A DNA stretch of 64,000 nucleotides, from positions 81,718,751 to 81,782,750 of the forward strand of contig NC_068987.1 in NCBI RefSeq assembly GCF_001194135.2, given 5' to 3'. A model generated the notes under the pieces. It searched no databases. It saw only the letters and a program-made list of their open reading frames with translations, and was not told where the DNA came from. This document shows positions 23,750 to 37,959 of the stretch, in pieces (position 1 is the stretch's first letter; the number at the start of each line of letters is the position of its first letter). This stretch comes from Octopus bimaculoides. Its lineage: Eukaryota. Made by a program: the position numbers and the translations under genes.

Positions 23750-24120
23750 TTAACATCTGTATTTCATGCTGGCAGAGGTTGGATGGTTTCACAGGAGCTG
23801 GCAAGACGAAGAGCTGCACTAGGCTCCTGTCATCTCTTTTGGCATGGTTTCTATGGCTGGATCCCCTTCCTAATGCCAACCACTCTACAGAGTGTACTGG
23901 GTGCTTTTCATGTGGTGCCAGTATGGCTGCTTTTTACATGATGCTGACACGGGTTCTTTTATACATGGTACCAGCACAAGTGCTTTTTTATGTGATGCAG
24001 GCACAGATGCTTTTTATGTGGCACCAGCACAGGTGTTCTTAACATGGTGCCAACATGGATGGTATTTGCAAGACACCAGCCATGCATGCTTATAATGTGG
24101 CACTGGCACAGGTACGTTTT
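23710..24120 (-). mobile_element. RTE-tailed SINE with internal ~20-bp tandem array
   Basis: (CAT)n tail at 23720-48, body, repeated GTGCTTTTTATGTGGCACC-like units. Confidence 0.8.
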
Positions 24121-24934
24121 TTTTTTGTAGCACCAGCAATAAAAACAAAATGCAAGACAAATGCAAAACAAATGCAAGCAAGTACCAAAATTGCATTTTA
24201 TCGAACAGCTGTATAGGAACATATTTGAAAGGTAATCAGTACTAACGAGAACCTGCTAGAAAGATTCTTCATTTGTTTCTCTCCAGAATTAAAAGTTTGA
24301 ATAACTTCTATCACTTGTTGTTTTATTTTAAATCATAGATGGATGAGATTGTAGAAAACACAGGATTGATAGTTTGAAAATATCTAATTCAATCCCTAGA
24401 TTTAGGAAAAGCATCTATCTGTAAAATATGTCAGAAACTGTTCATGTAAGACAACTAGATTTTCATATATATTCAGTTTTCTGCATTTGAAAAGAAAACA
24501 AATATAAGGCAAAAAAACAAAAACACAAATGTATTTCCAATTTTCCAATTCAGATGATAGAAAAGGAATGCAGTATGTTTTAAAGTTTGATAAAAATCCA
24601 TCTTCTGTAAGTCAATTTGAATTCTGACTCAGTTTTATCCCATTTTTTATATCCTGTCTTTCTTTTTTACTAACTTTAGAACAGAATTGAAAATATCATA
24701 GTTTGCTTTTCAGCTTAAAATTCATACCAAATTTTGTCTCTTATTTCAATAATAACAGATAATAACAAGCAATATTGCAGAGGCATAGAAATACTCAAGA
24801 TGGTAAACAAGCTTGATATAATATGCATTGGTAGTGATATGCCCCTTAAAAATCTCAATCATAGAAGTAGATGGTTCAATGCATTAACATTGCAGTTGCA
24901 AATGTTACTTTGTGCATTCCATCTTCTATCTGAG

Positions 24935-25165
24935 CGAAGGTGCATGGTGTGGTGGTTAGCATGTGGCACTCATGATCGCAAGATCTTGGTATTGATTCTC
25001 AGACCAAGCAAGCAGTGCATTGTGTTCTTGAGAAAAACACTTTATTTCACGTTGTTCCACTCCACTGGCGACCCATTCAAGGGGAATGTTATCACCTCAG
25101 CCACTTATGCATCACGAAAACTGGATAACTGATCCTGAGTCCTAGGACTTGAGACAATAATGTCC
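24935..25165 (+). mobile_element. tRNA-headed SINE (family of 45371-45692), decayed
   Basis: GAAGGTGCATGGTGTGGTGG...GTTCTTGAGAAAAACACTTTATTTCACGTTG. Confidence 0.7.
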
Positions 25166-25266
25166 AAGGTTTGATGATGACAATGATGATGACGATGACG
25201 ACGACGACGGTGGTGATGGTGACAGCAACTGTGATGATGACAGGCTTCTGTCTGTGATCAGCTTAA

Positions 25267-25487
25267 CCCTTTTGCTAGCATATTTCTGTTGAGATGCTCT
25301 GTGTTTCTTTCAATTAATTCTAAATATAACAAAGAATTTAGTAAAATAACTTAGTAATCATTAAGCTAGTGTTTGGAACATAAATTGGGACTAAGATTTG
25401 GTAGAAGATTTTAATTCTAAACTTATGAAAGCAAGACATTTGTACTCAGAGCCAGAGCCAGTTTCAGCCGGGTTGGTAACGAAAGGG
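25267..25487. mobile_element. piggyBac-type MITE, TTAA TSD
   Basis: TTAA|CCCTTTTGCTAGCA ... TGGTAACGAAAGGG|TTAA. Confidence 0.85.
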
Positions 25488-26268
25488 TTAAACATTCATT
25501 TTGTATTAGAGAAACTTTAGCAAAAGGTCATTTACAGTTGATGTACATTGTAATAATAAGGGACATCGGCATTGATCTGTTTGGGCCTTGGATTCTCACC
25601 TTCCCCAACATGTATTATTTTGTGTCTGACATGTTGTATCCCTGTGCACCACTTCAGATTACTCAATCAAGGAAAGATACTGGGGTCTGCTCCAATGAAA
25701 TTTACTTCACTTAAAAGAAAATTTCTTGAGCAGGTTTTTCTGTAACTACACTATAACAAACTATAGTATTGTTCACAAATTACAATATAAAATAAAGTAA
25801 AGTTTTGAATTAAGAAAGCAAATAATTCCTGTTTTACCATAGTTTTGCATTTCAGCTGCTTTCCTATCAAAAGTTTTTTATTCTTCATCAAGCCAGACTA
25901 AACTCATCTTTGAAATAAAGTAATGGCTTCACAGTTGTTGTTGCAGATTTTTTTTATCACATTCAACAAAAATCCCACCTTGGCACCACATAAAGCCTTC
26001 TTATTGATTGATTGCTCCTTTGAGTAGTAACCACACTTAAAGATAAGAAGTAGAAGGGTTTGCAATTCTGATTTAACTGTCTAGCAGTTTATATTCTTAA
26101 TTCACAAATACAAATGTATATATATGTATGTATATGTCTATATATATACATACTTATATATAATGTTGTACATGGTTGTTTTTCTTTATATTATGTCTTT
26201 CTGTGTTGATGGTTATGTTATTGTTACAATCATTCACAAATGCATGTGGCTGCATATGTTCATGCCTC

Positions 26269-26269
<1 letters not shown>

Positions 26270-26310
<41 letters not shown>

Positions 26311-26447
26311 ACGATGCTGACATATGCATACTTACACAAATGTGCACATTTGTATGTTTGGGTTACAAAGCTTACCCCACTTTCTCACTCACACACATTC
26401 ACACACACATCCACACACACACACGCACACACACACGCACACACACG

Positions 26448-26481
<34 letters not shown>

Positions 26482-26489
26482 CACAAATT

Positions 26490-26553
<64 letters not shown>
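26270..26553. repeat. (GT)n and (CA)n microsatellites
   Basis: Direct. Confidence 0.95.
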
Positions 26554-26555
<2 letters not shown>

Positions 26556-26692
26556 ATTCGGCAAACCAACCAACTATAATTTTAGATTTCTCTTAGGAAT
26601 ACTTTTTTTTAAAGAACTACTAAAAGCTATGACCTATTAGACTGATGAAAGTAAAAAATAAAATAGAAAAATAGAAAAATAGAAAAACACCC

Positions 26693-26732
<40 letters not shown>

Positions 26733-28380
26733 ACATTAAACTCGGTAAATGTTAATACTACCTTATATTCTGGAATGATATCATTGAAAATTATAAAGCT
26801 CTAAATGTTTAGTACAAGCTGAGAGAGACTGAGATTTCTGCTAGTTCTTCCTTTCTAGAGTGGAACCTGTTTTTTGTAAATTTCTACTTCTCTTCCTTCT
26901 TAGCCAGCTGCTAGCATATCAATCATAAAGCAAGTAGCTTCTTTTTACATGCTAGTCAATTCAGTTGAGGTTTTGTATAGTCGCAAAATACTGAAGAATG
27001 GTATATGCTCCTTCCTGTACATTTTTTTGTGTTTTAACACTTCAATGCTTCTTTGCTACTCTGTAAAGAAGTAAAAAAGCTACCACTTTCGGGGGAAAAA
27101 AAGAAAAACAAGATTGATCAGACTCTTTTAACTCTAAGAATTTCGAGGTTTCATTTCTTATATGTTAAATCCAATAACAATTTTTATTTTTTTTTTTTAA
27201 ATGGAAATCTTATAACTGCCTGAAATAGTCAAGTACTCAAATATTGTGTTATTTTTGTAGTGTACTAGGAAATTTTATCTTATTCTTTATACTGGTGGAT
27301 ATATAATAGATTATGATGGCAAGATAACTTACTTCTAATGTATGTTTGTACACTTAAGTATAAAACCAGGTTGTTTTCATACCAATGAATGGGCATTGTG
27401 ACCTACTAGATATAGTAACCAAATCTCCTTTGTATCACACCTTACTTTCTTAAAAAGTAAAGGATTCATTGGGTAATGGAGTCTTAACTGAAACGTCTGG
27501 GGAAAAAAAGAAAAAAAAGTTTGTTCACAGATGGAATGTCTTTTGTCATAATCTGCTTAATCAGTCCTGATTAACATCCTAATTGAACAGATTATACTCA
27601 GTCAGGCCCCTGAAATGACTAGTTTGTTTTTCCTTTTTTCTTCATCATCATCATCATCATCCTCATCTTCATTTAATGTCCACATTCCATGCTGTCATGG
27701 GTTGGATGGTCCGATAGGATTTAATAGGCCCAAGGACAGCATTGTGCTCCAGTGTCTCTTTCGGTTTGGTTTCCATGGTTGAATACTCTTCCTAACACCA
27801 ACCACTTTACTGCCTGTTCTGGTTTCATTACACAATAATTTCTTACAAAGCCACAAAGTTAGAAATTTTTGGTTAAGTTGCACTGTTAGTTAATTAAATT
27901 ATCCCTACTTTTAGTCTGGTGTTTTATTTTATTGCCCTTGAAAGGACAAAATGCAAAGCTGGCCTGAACAGAATTTGAACTCTGATTGTAAAGACCTGAA
28001 CAAATACCATAAGGTTTCTTTTTCCACAATCCAACACTCTCTTTTATTATATAATAATAATGTAAGATGAAAATTAAACATTTGTTGCCTATACATATGA
28101 TCAAAATATTGAAGAATTATTCATCATTGATCACGATCAAAAGACTTCATAAATTATTTTTGAAAACAAAATGTGATTATTCTCATTAATAGTTCAACAA
28201 TTTGAAAATGTAATAAGCTAATAAAAATAAAATGATTATTACTCAGTAAATTAAGAGTAGTTATTTTTAGCTGAAAACTAAGTAGATTCTGTGTCTATCC
28301 TTAGATACTGTCTCTGTGTATACATACATACATACATACATACATACGTACGTATGTACATACATACATACATACATACA

Positions 28381-28408
<28 letters not shown>

Positions 28409-28411
<3 letters not shown>

Positions 28412-28836
28412 GCTGAACTATTGAGAAATCTGCAGTTACTCTATCCAGATTACAAGTTCAGGTTATTACCTGTAATTATTAGGGCCCTGGGATATGTAAA
28501 ACACTGCCTAAATACCAATCTTGAGAATCTAGGCTTCTCAGAACCAGAAAGGAGAAAGCTAATTCAAAGACTACAGTTCCAATCCATTATTGGAACTGTA
28601 AAAATCTGTAAGACTTTACAGAAGTTTGTCATTTAAGTATACATGAGCATGTCTAGATATGCAACTATATGCATGAGAATACATACATAAAACAAAACAT
28701 ACAAATCTGCACACATACATACATACATACATTCCCTGTTGTTGATGTTGAAATTGCAATGAAGGAGCTTTGAATCTAGGTTAGAAACCAGCTCTTTCTC
28801 TATTGGTAAGAAATCTTGAAATAAACTAAACAATGA
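28409..28836 (+). mobile_element. R4/Dong-like RLE LINE 3' fragment flanked by (TACA)n
   Basis: YAELLRNLQLLYPDYKF..PVIIRALG..GTVKICKTLQKF*; same family as 37960-38850; (TACA)n at 28319-28410. Confidence 0.75.
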
Positions 28837-29810
28837 CATACATGCATATCATCATCATCATTTTACGTTTGCTATCCATGGTGTCATGTGTTGGACATGT
28901 TGTTTATTACTGACACCCTAGACAGATCAGAGGACCATGTCTCGCTTGTGTTTCACTTCTGTCTTGGTTTCTGTGACTGATGTTCCTTCTATCACCGGCC
29001 ACCTTACATAGTATATTAAATGCACTTTATCATGGTGGCAGCACTAAAGAGTTTCTGCTGTCCTTGACCAGACTAGAAGGCCCTCTCGACCCAATATTAT
29101 CTACACTCACTAGCCAACCAGCCATAACCAGCACAAATATTCTGCCTTGTTTTATGTTGAACCTGACCACATCTAGCCTCTCACACCTACCCAACAAACT
29201 CAGTCTAAGAATATACAAACTCACCATTGAAATATAGAAACTACAAGATAATGCTTGATTAATTTTTTTTAAATGAGGATAATTAAGCAAAATATTTGAA
29301 TGCTGAAGGGTTAATGTTCCTTATTTGTCAAACTGCTTGGTAATATGCAACAAGCCTAAGCACAGATGTGGCCATACACACACAAATCCATGTACACACA
29401 CATCCATACCCATATACATGGACTCTCTAAATAATTTCTCTCAAATAAATTGCATTCAGATGGCCTTGGTTGTTCCAGCATTGTAGTAAAAAAAAATCTT
29501 GCTCCAGGTACCATGCAGCTGGACTAAACTGAAAATCACAGAACCTGACATTAAATCCTGACACAGCTCAGCAGTCCATCGGATACTCTCGGAACATCCA
29601 ATGTATGCCAGTTTGGAAAACAGATGTTAAATGATGATGATGATGATGATGATGAAGATGGTGGCTATGGCCACGATGATGATGATGGTGTTGGTGGTGT
29701 AGTTTAAAAGCACATTTTTTGTTTTTACCTCCCACCAGGCATATGCTTATATATATATATTTATTAAATACACAAGCACATACACATACGCACACACACA
29801 GCAAGAGACA

Positions 29811-29860
<50 letters not shown>

Positions 29861-30022
29861 CACACACAACATCCAACAAAATTAGATTCTAAGTTTTATT
29901 GTGGAAGCTATTATATATTTTATTGTGTTATAATACTCTGCGGTTTTATAACACTCTCCCATATTGATTACTATATAACTTGGTGGCTTATCTGTAAATC
30001 ATTACAAAGGAACTATGAGTAT

Positions 30023-30058
<36 letters not shown>

Positions 30059-30140
30059 TATATATACATATGTGCGTGTGTGTTTACATATATATATGTG
30101 TCTGTGTTTAGGTATGTATAAATATATATATATATGGGTG

Positions 30141-30195
<55 letters not shown>

Positions 30196-30217
30196 ACATA
30201 TATATGTATGTGTGTGT

Positions 30218-30250
<33 letters not shown>

Positions 30251-30631
30251 CATACACACACACATATATGTGTGTGTGGGGTGGTGTTTGTACATGATTA
30301 AGCTATGAACAAGCTAAAAGAGAACTCAATACCAGGTATATCAAATAGCCAGTCTGTTTGTAATAAAGCTATTTGACATTTCTTGACATCAAGTTTCATG
30401 CTGTTAGGGTATCCCCAAGGAAACCTTTAGGTAATCATTAGACAGAAAGGCAGTAATAGAACAACTGCTAACTCCTCACAGTGGACTTCACTAATGGGGA
30501 TTGCAGTCTATTTATATACTTCTCGCGTTCTGGAAGATGACGTTTTTCTGGTCTACTTACAGTTACTGCTTACGCACACATGCTATACATGTTCATACAC
30601 CCACACAAACACACACACACACACACGTACA

Positions 30632-30669
<38 letters not shown>

Positions 30670-30860
30670 GAGAGAGAGAGAGATGAATATACTTGCATAC
30701 AACCACTGATCTCTCTCTATATATATATGTGTGTGTGTATACACCTACATACTTGAATATTTATATTCACACACACATATATGCCCACATATATACATAT
30801 GCATGATATATGTGTTTGTGTGTGTACTTGTATTTAAACATTCTTTTGTATGCACATGTA

Positions 30861-32100
30861 CGAGGTCTGATCAATAAGTATCCGGACTGGTGCTAAAAAA
30901 AACAAAACTACAACACATACCAATTTGGCATTTAATCTCCTTCAAAGTAGTCCTGTTCGGAAGCCACACACTTAATCCAGTGCTGTGTCCATTGATGGGG
31001 CCATTTCCGGATCTCGTTTTCTCGGACAATCATCAGCTGCCTTGTCGTATTTACTCAACACCCTGAAATCTTCTTCCTTTCAAGTGAGATGTGACTTTTG
31101 GAAAGAGGAAAAAGTTGCAAGGGGCAAGACCTGGGAAATATGGTGGCTGTCAGACCTGGAGAATGCTGTGCCTGGCCAAAGACTGTTGTTGATTGAGCAG
31201 GTGCATTGTCACTCATCAGACGCATACATTTGTGGCCTTTTCTGATGAATAGCATCTCATAAAACATCACGGTAGTATAATTTGTTTACTGTCTGACCAG
31301 GTGGAGCACATGTATGATGAGCAATCCCCTTGTAGTCAGAGAAAATGGTCAGTAATGTCTTCCTATTGCTTTGACTCATTCATGCTTTCTTTGGTCTCGG
31401 AGAAGTTGGGGTCTTCCACTGCGAAGACAGGTCCTTTGCTTCAGGGTCATAGCCATAGACCCACGATTCATTACCCGTTATGACTGAATTCACAATTTGT
31501 CATCGTTCTCAACACAATCAAGGAGATCTTGTGTAACTGAAACCTAAGTGTCTTTTTGGTCAGCTGAAAGTAGTTTTGGCACAAACTTGGTTCACACATG
31601 TCTCATACCCAAATCTTCAAGGATAATGGACTGAACTGAATCATAACTAACCTGCACCTCCTCTGATAACTCACAGATGATGATTCGATGATTTTCCCTC
31701 ACAGCTGCACGCACATCTCTGATGTTTTTCTCAGTTCTTCTGGTTGCAGGTCTCCCAGAATGTTGGCCATCTGGGAAACATATGAACCACTTGTGTGCAG
31801 CTCATATACTCCTCTCCATACACTTTCTTCAACTTTGCATAGGCCCCTGAGCAGGTATCGCCCAGCTTTTGGCAAAATTTGATGGAGATTTTCTGCTCAA
31901 CTTTCTGTCATGGTCAATGTGACGATCACGTGCCACACACGTTACAGCACTGCTGTAAATAGCAGAAGTGAGCTAGAATGTTAAAACTTATTGCCCATGC
32001 ACAACAGAGTTTAAGGTCAATCTGTACTAAGTGGCTTTACTCTGTGTGCCTTAGCTCCATTACTATGGCAACTGTCTGGATACTTATTGATCAGACTGTG
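30861..32100 (-). mobile_element. Full-length mariner (DD34D-type) transposon, decayed, TA TSD
   Basis: TIRs CGAGGTCTGATCAATAAGTATCCGGAC / GTCTGGATACTTATTGATCAGACTGTG; TA flanks; ORF remnant 30932-31911 with FVPKLL, DNAPA, YFPGLAPCNFFLFPK and YFEGD* end. Confidence 0.93.
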
Positions 32101-32203
32101 TACATACTTAAATGTTTATATTCCCACACGCTTATGTACAGATGTGTACACACTCTCATACACATATAGTTATATGTATGTGTGGGTTAGATGTGAGTAT
32201 GTA

Positions 32204-32235
<32 letters not shown>

Positions 32236-32689
32236 CATGTTATGGTACTTTCTATGGCAAGATCTAAGAATCTAAAATCTGGATATTAGTGTGTCTAAAA
32301 TCTGGATATTAGCATCCTTGCAGTAGAGATTGGTTGTGATATTTTCATTTACCTTAATTTTCATCTTTCACATATTAAGAGAAACATTCTGTTTCATCAT
32401 CATCATTATCATCATCATCATCGTTTAACGTCCGCTTTCCATGCTGGCATGGGTTGGATGGTTTGACTGAGGACTGGTGAGCCAGAGGCTGCACCAAGCT
32501 CAATCTGATCTGGCTTAATATTGCAAAACTTATATGTTGAGTAGTTATGGACACATATTGATGAGAAAGAGATGACTGGTAAAACACAATCCTGAAAAAT
32601 GTTGTAAGCCGTACCATAACCATAACAAAAGAGACCCCAGTTTTTGTTTTACAGAGAAATCATCACAATGAGGGAGAAGACAAAAACAT

Positions 32690-33250
32690 AAATATTGCAT
32701 TTGTAGTCATCCATAATTCTAGAAACCACAACTGCTTACATTCAGCCAAATGTACCTTCCAATCCTACACCAATTGTCCAAATCTCAGAAAAATAACTGA
32801 AGAATTAGAAATTATCAATAGTCAAAGACAACTACCAAATCTTAAAAGAGTCTTAACAAAAGTGAAATTCACATTGGAAGAAGAAATAGTGTCAGTAACA
32901 AAATGCGGGTCATTGTGAAATTTTAAGATAATTGACAGGAAACAACCGAAAGATTCAAGAATGAGAAGGTTTCGATGATTAACAAAAAATTGATTGGCAA
33001 AACAAGAAATTTCATTTGCTACATGAGATGCTTTCAATGCAATGAGAATTATATCAACCAAATGGGATCAAAATGAACACATCAGGTTAGGGTACATACG
33101 CAACGACTCAAAGATTTATTTCTTAGAAATGTTCCATATAGTTCAAAATATTCATTTCTTTTCAAAATAAAGGAAGAAAGTGATCAATTATGAAAGGCAA
33201 AAGAATATTTTATAAGAATTCTAAATCTGATACTAAACTGGAAATAGTCA
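32690..33250 (+). mobile_element. Penelope-like element GIY-YIG region fragment
   Basis: SQRQLPNLKRVLTKVKF..TRNFICYMRCFQCNENYINQMG (N-hIY-C..C..YIGQT pattern). Confidence 0.6.
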
Positions 33251-34839
33251 ACTCAACTATTAGCAACAAATTCCTCTCTACAGATTTTTCCGTAACACAT
33301 GTGTTTTAAAAGCTGTTAAGTACTTATGCAATATGAAAACTTCCATCCAAAAGATTTGTCATTCTGTTTTGTTTTTTTAATATTCTCTCTTTTACTTTTT
33401 TACTTGTTTCAGTATTTTACCGTAGCCATGCTGGAGCATCGCCTTAAGCGTAATTGATAATTTTTTCATAAAACAAAATCATTTTTCAAATATATATTGT
33501 TTTTTTCTGTGTGTGTGTGTCTGTGTCTGTGTGTGTGTGTGTGTGTGTGTGAATGTGTGTGTGTGTGTGCATGTGTGTGCATGTGTGTGTGTGTACGTGC
33601 GTTTGTGTGTGTGTGACCGTGAATGTGTGCTTGCATGTGTGTGTATGTGTAAGGGTGTGTTTGGATGTGTGCATCTGTTTGTGTGTATGAGTGTTTACAC
33701 AAAGGCTCTGTCTAACAAGTACCATTCTTTAGATATTGTTGGGTCCAAGTCCATCGTGGAAGACACTTATTCAAGGTGCTATGCAATGGCATTGCACTTT
33801 TTAGCCATGCTTCCATGACTGTACCTTTAGCTTTCACCTCATCGAATCAGTCTTCCTTGGCCATTTGAGCCCTTTGCAGAAGCATTGACATACAAGTATA
33901 GGATAGAGAAAGTCCATATGAAAACATGGATGATCTGACTATATCCTGAGAGATTTAGCTTATACTGTGTTGCAGCCTGGTAAATTTGAATGAAGTGTAG
34001 AAATGCATGGTTATTCAGTGTGCCAGTTAGCATTGATAACATGTTACTCATGAGGGAAATAATGATGATGATGATGGTGGTGCTGGTAGTGGTGGTGCTG
34101 GTGGTGGTGGTGCTGGTGGTGGTGGTGCTGGTGGTGATGATGTCGTTGTTGTTGTTGTTATTGTTGTACAGATGTCATCCTACAAAGGTTCCATGCAAAA
34201 TCCTTTCTAGAATCTATTTTATTTTCCACACTGATAAGTTAGCAGTATTTCTGTTATGATTCTCATAAACATTAACGTTTGACAAATATAGCATTTGTTA
34301 TCTGTATACGAAGGATACATGTTTATATAGCTGTATAATCTGGAAATAATGTTGAAAGAATCTTTCTTCCTTTTTTGCTTTTTTTTGCTTTTTTCGCCAC
34401 ACTTCTTCATACATTACTTTGCTAGACTTGAAGAAATCAACCACAGTTTTGTAATTTTGCTGCTTACATACAATGTAAAAAGTGGCTGAATACACATGCT
34501 TTTTTGTTTTCTTCTCAGATAAACACTTTTGACTCTGAGCCAAAATGTATGTAACTGTATGCAGAGATCATCCACTCAACATTTCTTTCAAGAACATACC
34601 AGTTTCTTGTGGAGCTAAATTTGAATAGCTCCTCTCATCTAGTAAATGTTCTTCCTTTTGTACATACTTTTAAAAGTGTGGCAAAAAGAAAAGGATTTTT
34701 TTTCTTTTTGTTGAAATACGCCTTCCATCTGCTTTGATGACAAGTGTTCCTGTCATCAATCAACTGATCCATCATCTCACTGAATTATTGTATAAATGGC
34801 TGAGTATCCCTTAGAAATTTTTTTAATAATTTTTTTTTT

Positions 34840-35053
34840 TATCTTTTACTTGTTTCAGTCATAGGATTATGGCCATGCTGGGGCACTGCCTAGAAGGGTT
34901 TAATTGAGTAAATCGACCCCAGTATTTATCTTTTGCCAAACTAAGTTAGAGGATGTAATCAAACTAACACTGGTTGTCAAGTAGTAGTGGCAAACACAAC
35001 ACAAACACAAAGACAAATATACACAGATACGCACACATACATATATGTATACT

Positions 35054-35100
<47 letters not shown>

Positions 35101-35346
35101 ACACACTTACTCACACATGCATACATGCACATGTGCACACACACACACCCTCACACACCTATGCATACACAGATACACACATGCACACACACACACACAC
35201 ACACATATGTGATGGGCTTCTTTCAGTCTCCATCTACCAAATCTCCTTGGAAGGCCTTGGTCAGCCCAGGGCTATTATTGAAGGCACTTACCCAAGGTGC
35301 CACACAATGGGCCTGAACCCAACCAAGCTTCTCAACCGCACACCTG
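34840..35346 (-). mobile_element. CORE-like SINE with expanded internal (TA)/(CA)n
   Basis: Both halves recognisable. Confidence 0.8.
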
Positions 35347-35361
35347 TGTCTACTGTCAACA

Positions 35362-35578
35362 GGCAGTGAGCTGGAAGAAACATTAGCATGCCGGGTGAAA
35401 TGCTTAGCAGTATTTTGTCTGTCTTTACGTTCTGAGTTCAAATTCCGCTGAGGTCGACTTTGCCTTTCATCCTCTTGGGGTTGATAAATTAAGTACCAGT
35501 TGCGTACTGGGGTAGATCCAATCGACTGCCCCCCCTCCCCAAAATTTCGGGCCTTGTGCCTTAGAGTAGAAAAGAGTA
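35362..35578 (+). mobile_element. Deu/Nin-domain-like SINE, well preserved
   Basis: GTGAGCTGG...GAGTTCAAATTCCGCTGAGGTCGACTTTGCCTTTCATCCTCTTGGGGTTGATAAATTAAGTACCAG...GTAGAAAAG. Confidence 0.88.
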
Positions 35579-36959
35579 TAGTCCTTTGGCAGAAGCAGCT
35601 TGACATAATGCCATCAAGTTTGATCCCTTGAAGTATAACTGGTACCATCTACACAATGGGCTTCCACACTGCTTCTATCTACCCAAGTAGACTATGCTGG
35701 GAGACACCTAAGGTGGCCATAAAGTAGGAGTGAACCTGGGACCTTATGGTTGTAATGCAAGTTCCTTAACCACTCAACTATGTCTACATGCATGTCCATG
35801 TATTGTTTATGATATCAGAGGCCATCAGAATCTGAACACATTGTTAATTAAATTGACAAAAATAATTCAATGTGTTGCATTTTAAAACAACTGATAGAAA
35901 ATATTGAAAGAGGGTATTATTTTTGTTTTAATCAATATTCATTAGAGAAGAAAAAGGGACAGCCCCAACAAAATGTAGTTGCCTTCAGCTATTTCTATAA
36001 AACTGAAGTAATAGCATGTTGAACACAAAAGATGTAGCGACTGCAGCTTCCTATTTTAGCTTGAGAGATAACATTCTACTAGTTATAATGGTAGGAGATT
36101 GAGAGAGGAAGAAAGATGTGACTATAACAGGAGTGGCTGGTTATAGAAACAAGGAAATATGTGACAATAACAGGAAAGAGAAAAGATATGAAATTTTGAA
36201 CAAATTTGTAAGAGAAAATTCTAAATTCTTTGAAGTCTATAGGTTTCATTTCCCCATGAAAATCTGTGGTTGTGTATGTGAATGTATTTGTGTGTTTGTT
36301 TGTATGTATGTGTATTGTGTCTATGTGTGTGTGTGTGAGAAAGGGAGAGAGGGAAAGAGAGGAATGATAAACAGGCTTGTTAGATATGCTGGAGACAGCA
36401 TCAGTCAACAATCATATGAATGAGCCAACAAGAGAACCTCTATGCAGTCGTTTGATCTGTTAGAAACAGTAGTAAATTTTTTTTTTCAAATCACAGCCTA
36501 TAGTTTAAATGAAAATACATTGGACATGATGTAGTTCCTGGTATAATGCCTACAGGTGAGATGGTCATAACTGGCATGCCTTTGCTCATAGGCCAGCATT
36601 GTCCAATGTATCCTCGTTCAAATATATAACTTGAGGGAGATCATCTTCCAAATCCATTCATAAGGCTTTGGTCAGCCCAAGGTTATAGTAGAAGACACTT
36701 GTCCAAGGTGTCACACAATGGGACTGAACCCAGAACCATGCAGTTTGGAAGCAGGCTTCTTATTTCATAATTATCTGTCTTTGTTATTGTTTAGTCTCAG
36801 GCCAATACTGATAAAGTACACTTAGTATTGAAAGATTTCTATCTACTTTTTAGACTTACTTTATCCCAGACTACTTTTAGTAACAGTTCTTCCTCTTTTT
36901 GAAAGTCAGCTGAGTAAGATTTGCACAAAGTTTAGTTACTATTTCTAGCAAGTCAAGTG

Positions 36960-37900
36960 ACCACCTACAGGCCCATTCATAGAATTTTGTGAAATTGAAG
37001 GTATCTTAAATACTGCTTATTTTCATGTCTTTCACATAAATTCTTCTAATAAGGTTACATTTTTTCAACCAAACAGAGTAAGTATGGAAGTAGTTTAATA
37101 TTATAGTGCAGGATATATTGGTATGGTTGATTCTTTCCTCCTTTAAACTCCAGATATATTGAGAAAGGTTAACTGAGTTTCATTTATCACTAGATATGAG
37201 CTGGTAGATATACCAAGTATATCTGCACTTCAATGTACTTCTGGTGAGACTGATGTAATTTTTCATGCTGTCATCTACCGAAGATACCTTGTTTCAAACA
37301 CAAAAGTCTTTGTTAGGCATCTATCATTAAGAGAAAAGGCTGTATTATCACTGCAGAATTTGGCTATTCAGGATTGCTTGCATTAATTCCAGCTACAGAG
37401 GTAGCAATATATTTGCTGCAGCTGTAACTAGCTTTTATGTTGTTTCTACTGAACAGCTTGTGATATTTGGTTATTGGGGAACAGTACATTGATGAATGTT
37501 GAGAAGTTCCAAGTTATGCTGGCATTATACTGTCACTGGAAGGGAAATTATGGCACACTATTTGTATTTCCCTGTCTGGCTGGTCAGTGTGTTTTGAATT
37601 ACATGTTTTATAATTTGTTTGAGCTCACTTTCATTCAATAAGTCTTTATAGTAATGCACGCTATGATTGAGGGATGCCTTGTCAGAGGATATATTGGAGA
37701 AACTTTGCTAAAGTTATTGATTAGGTTTGTTAAGACTGTAGGGAGATTATTTCAATTTCTATAGAGATAATGTAGTTCTTTGTTAGGATTTCTATAAGAG
37801 TGGTATTTATCAGTAATCAAATATAATATCTAATAACTTTATTATCCTAATGATAGTTCAGACAATGATTTCTGAAGTTAACATCTTTAAAATTATTTAA
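36960..37900 (-). mobile_element. Penelope-like element, RT thumb plus GIY-YIG endonuclease, decayed
   Basis: YRNPNKELHYL..; NYISLT..LSQYIWSLKE..KKCNL pattern of PLE endonucleases. Confidence 0.65.
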
Positions 37901-37959
37901 GTTTTCCTAAATTTATCTAAATCAGATTCAGCCTGATGTAGTGGGACATTACCAGCCCA

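Noticed and set aside
24734-25132. 132-aa ORF
   Set aside because: Second half is a SINE; no homology recognised
30480-30560. Minus-strand TATATAAATAG with nearby ACGTCA, promoter- or LTR-like
   Set aside because: No downstream gene or paired LTR; such motifs are common in AT-rich DNA
34519-34546. Short segment between strong acceptor TTCTCAG and donor GTATGT
   Set aside because: The frame I tested hits TGA, no peptide is recognisable, and it lies antisense within the putative transposase remnant
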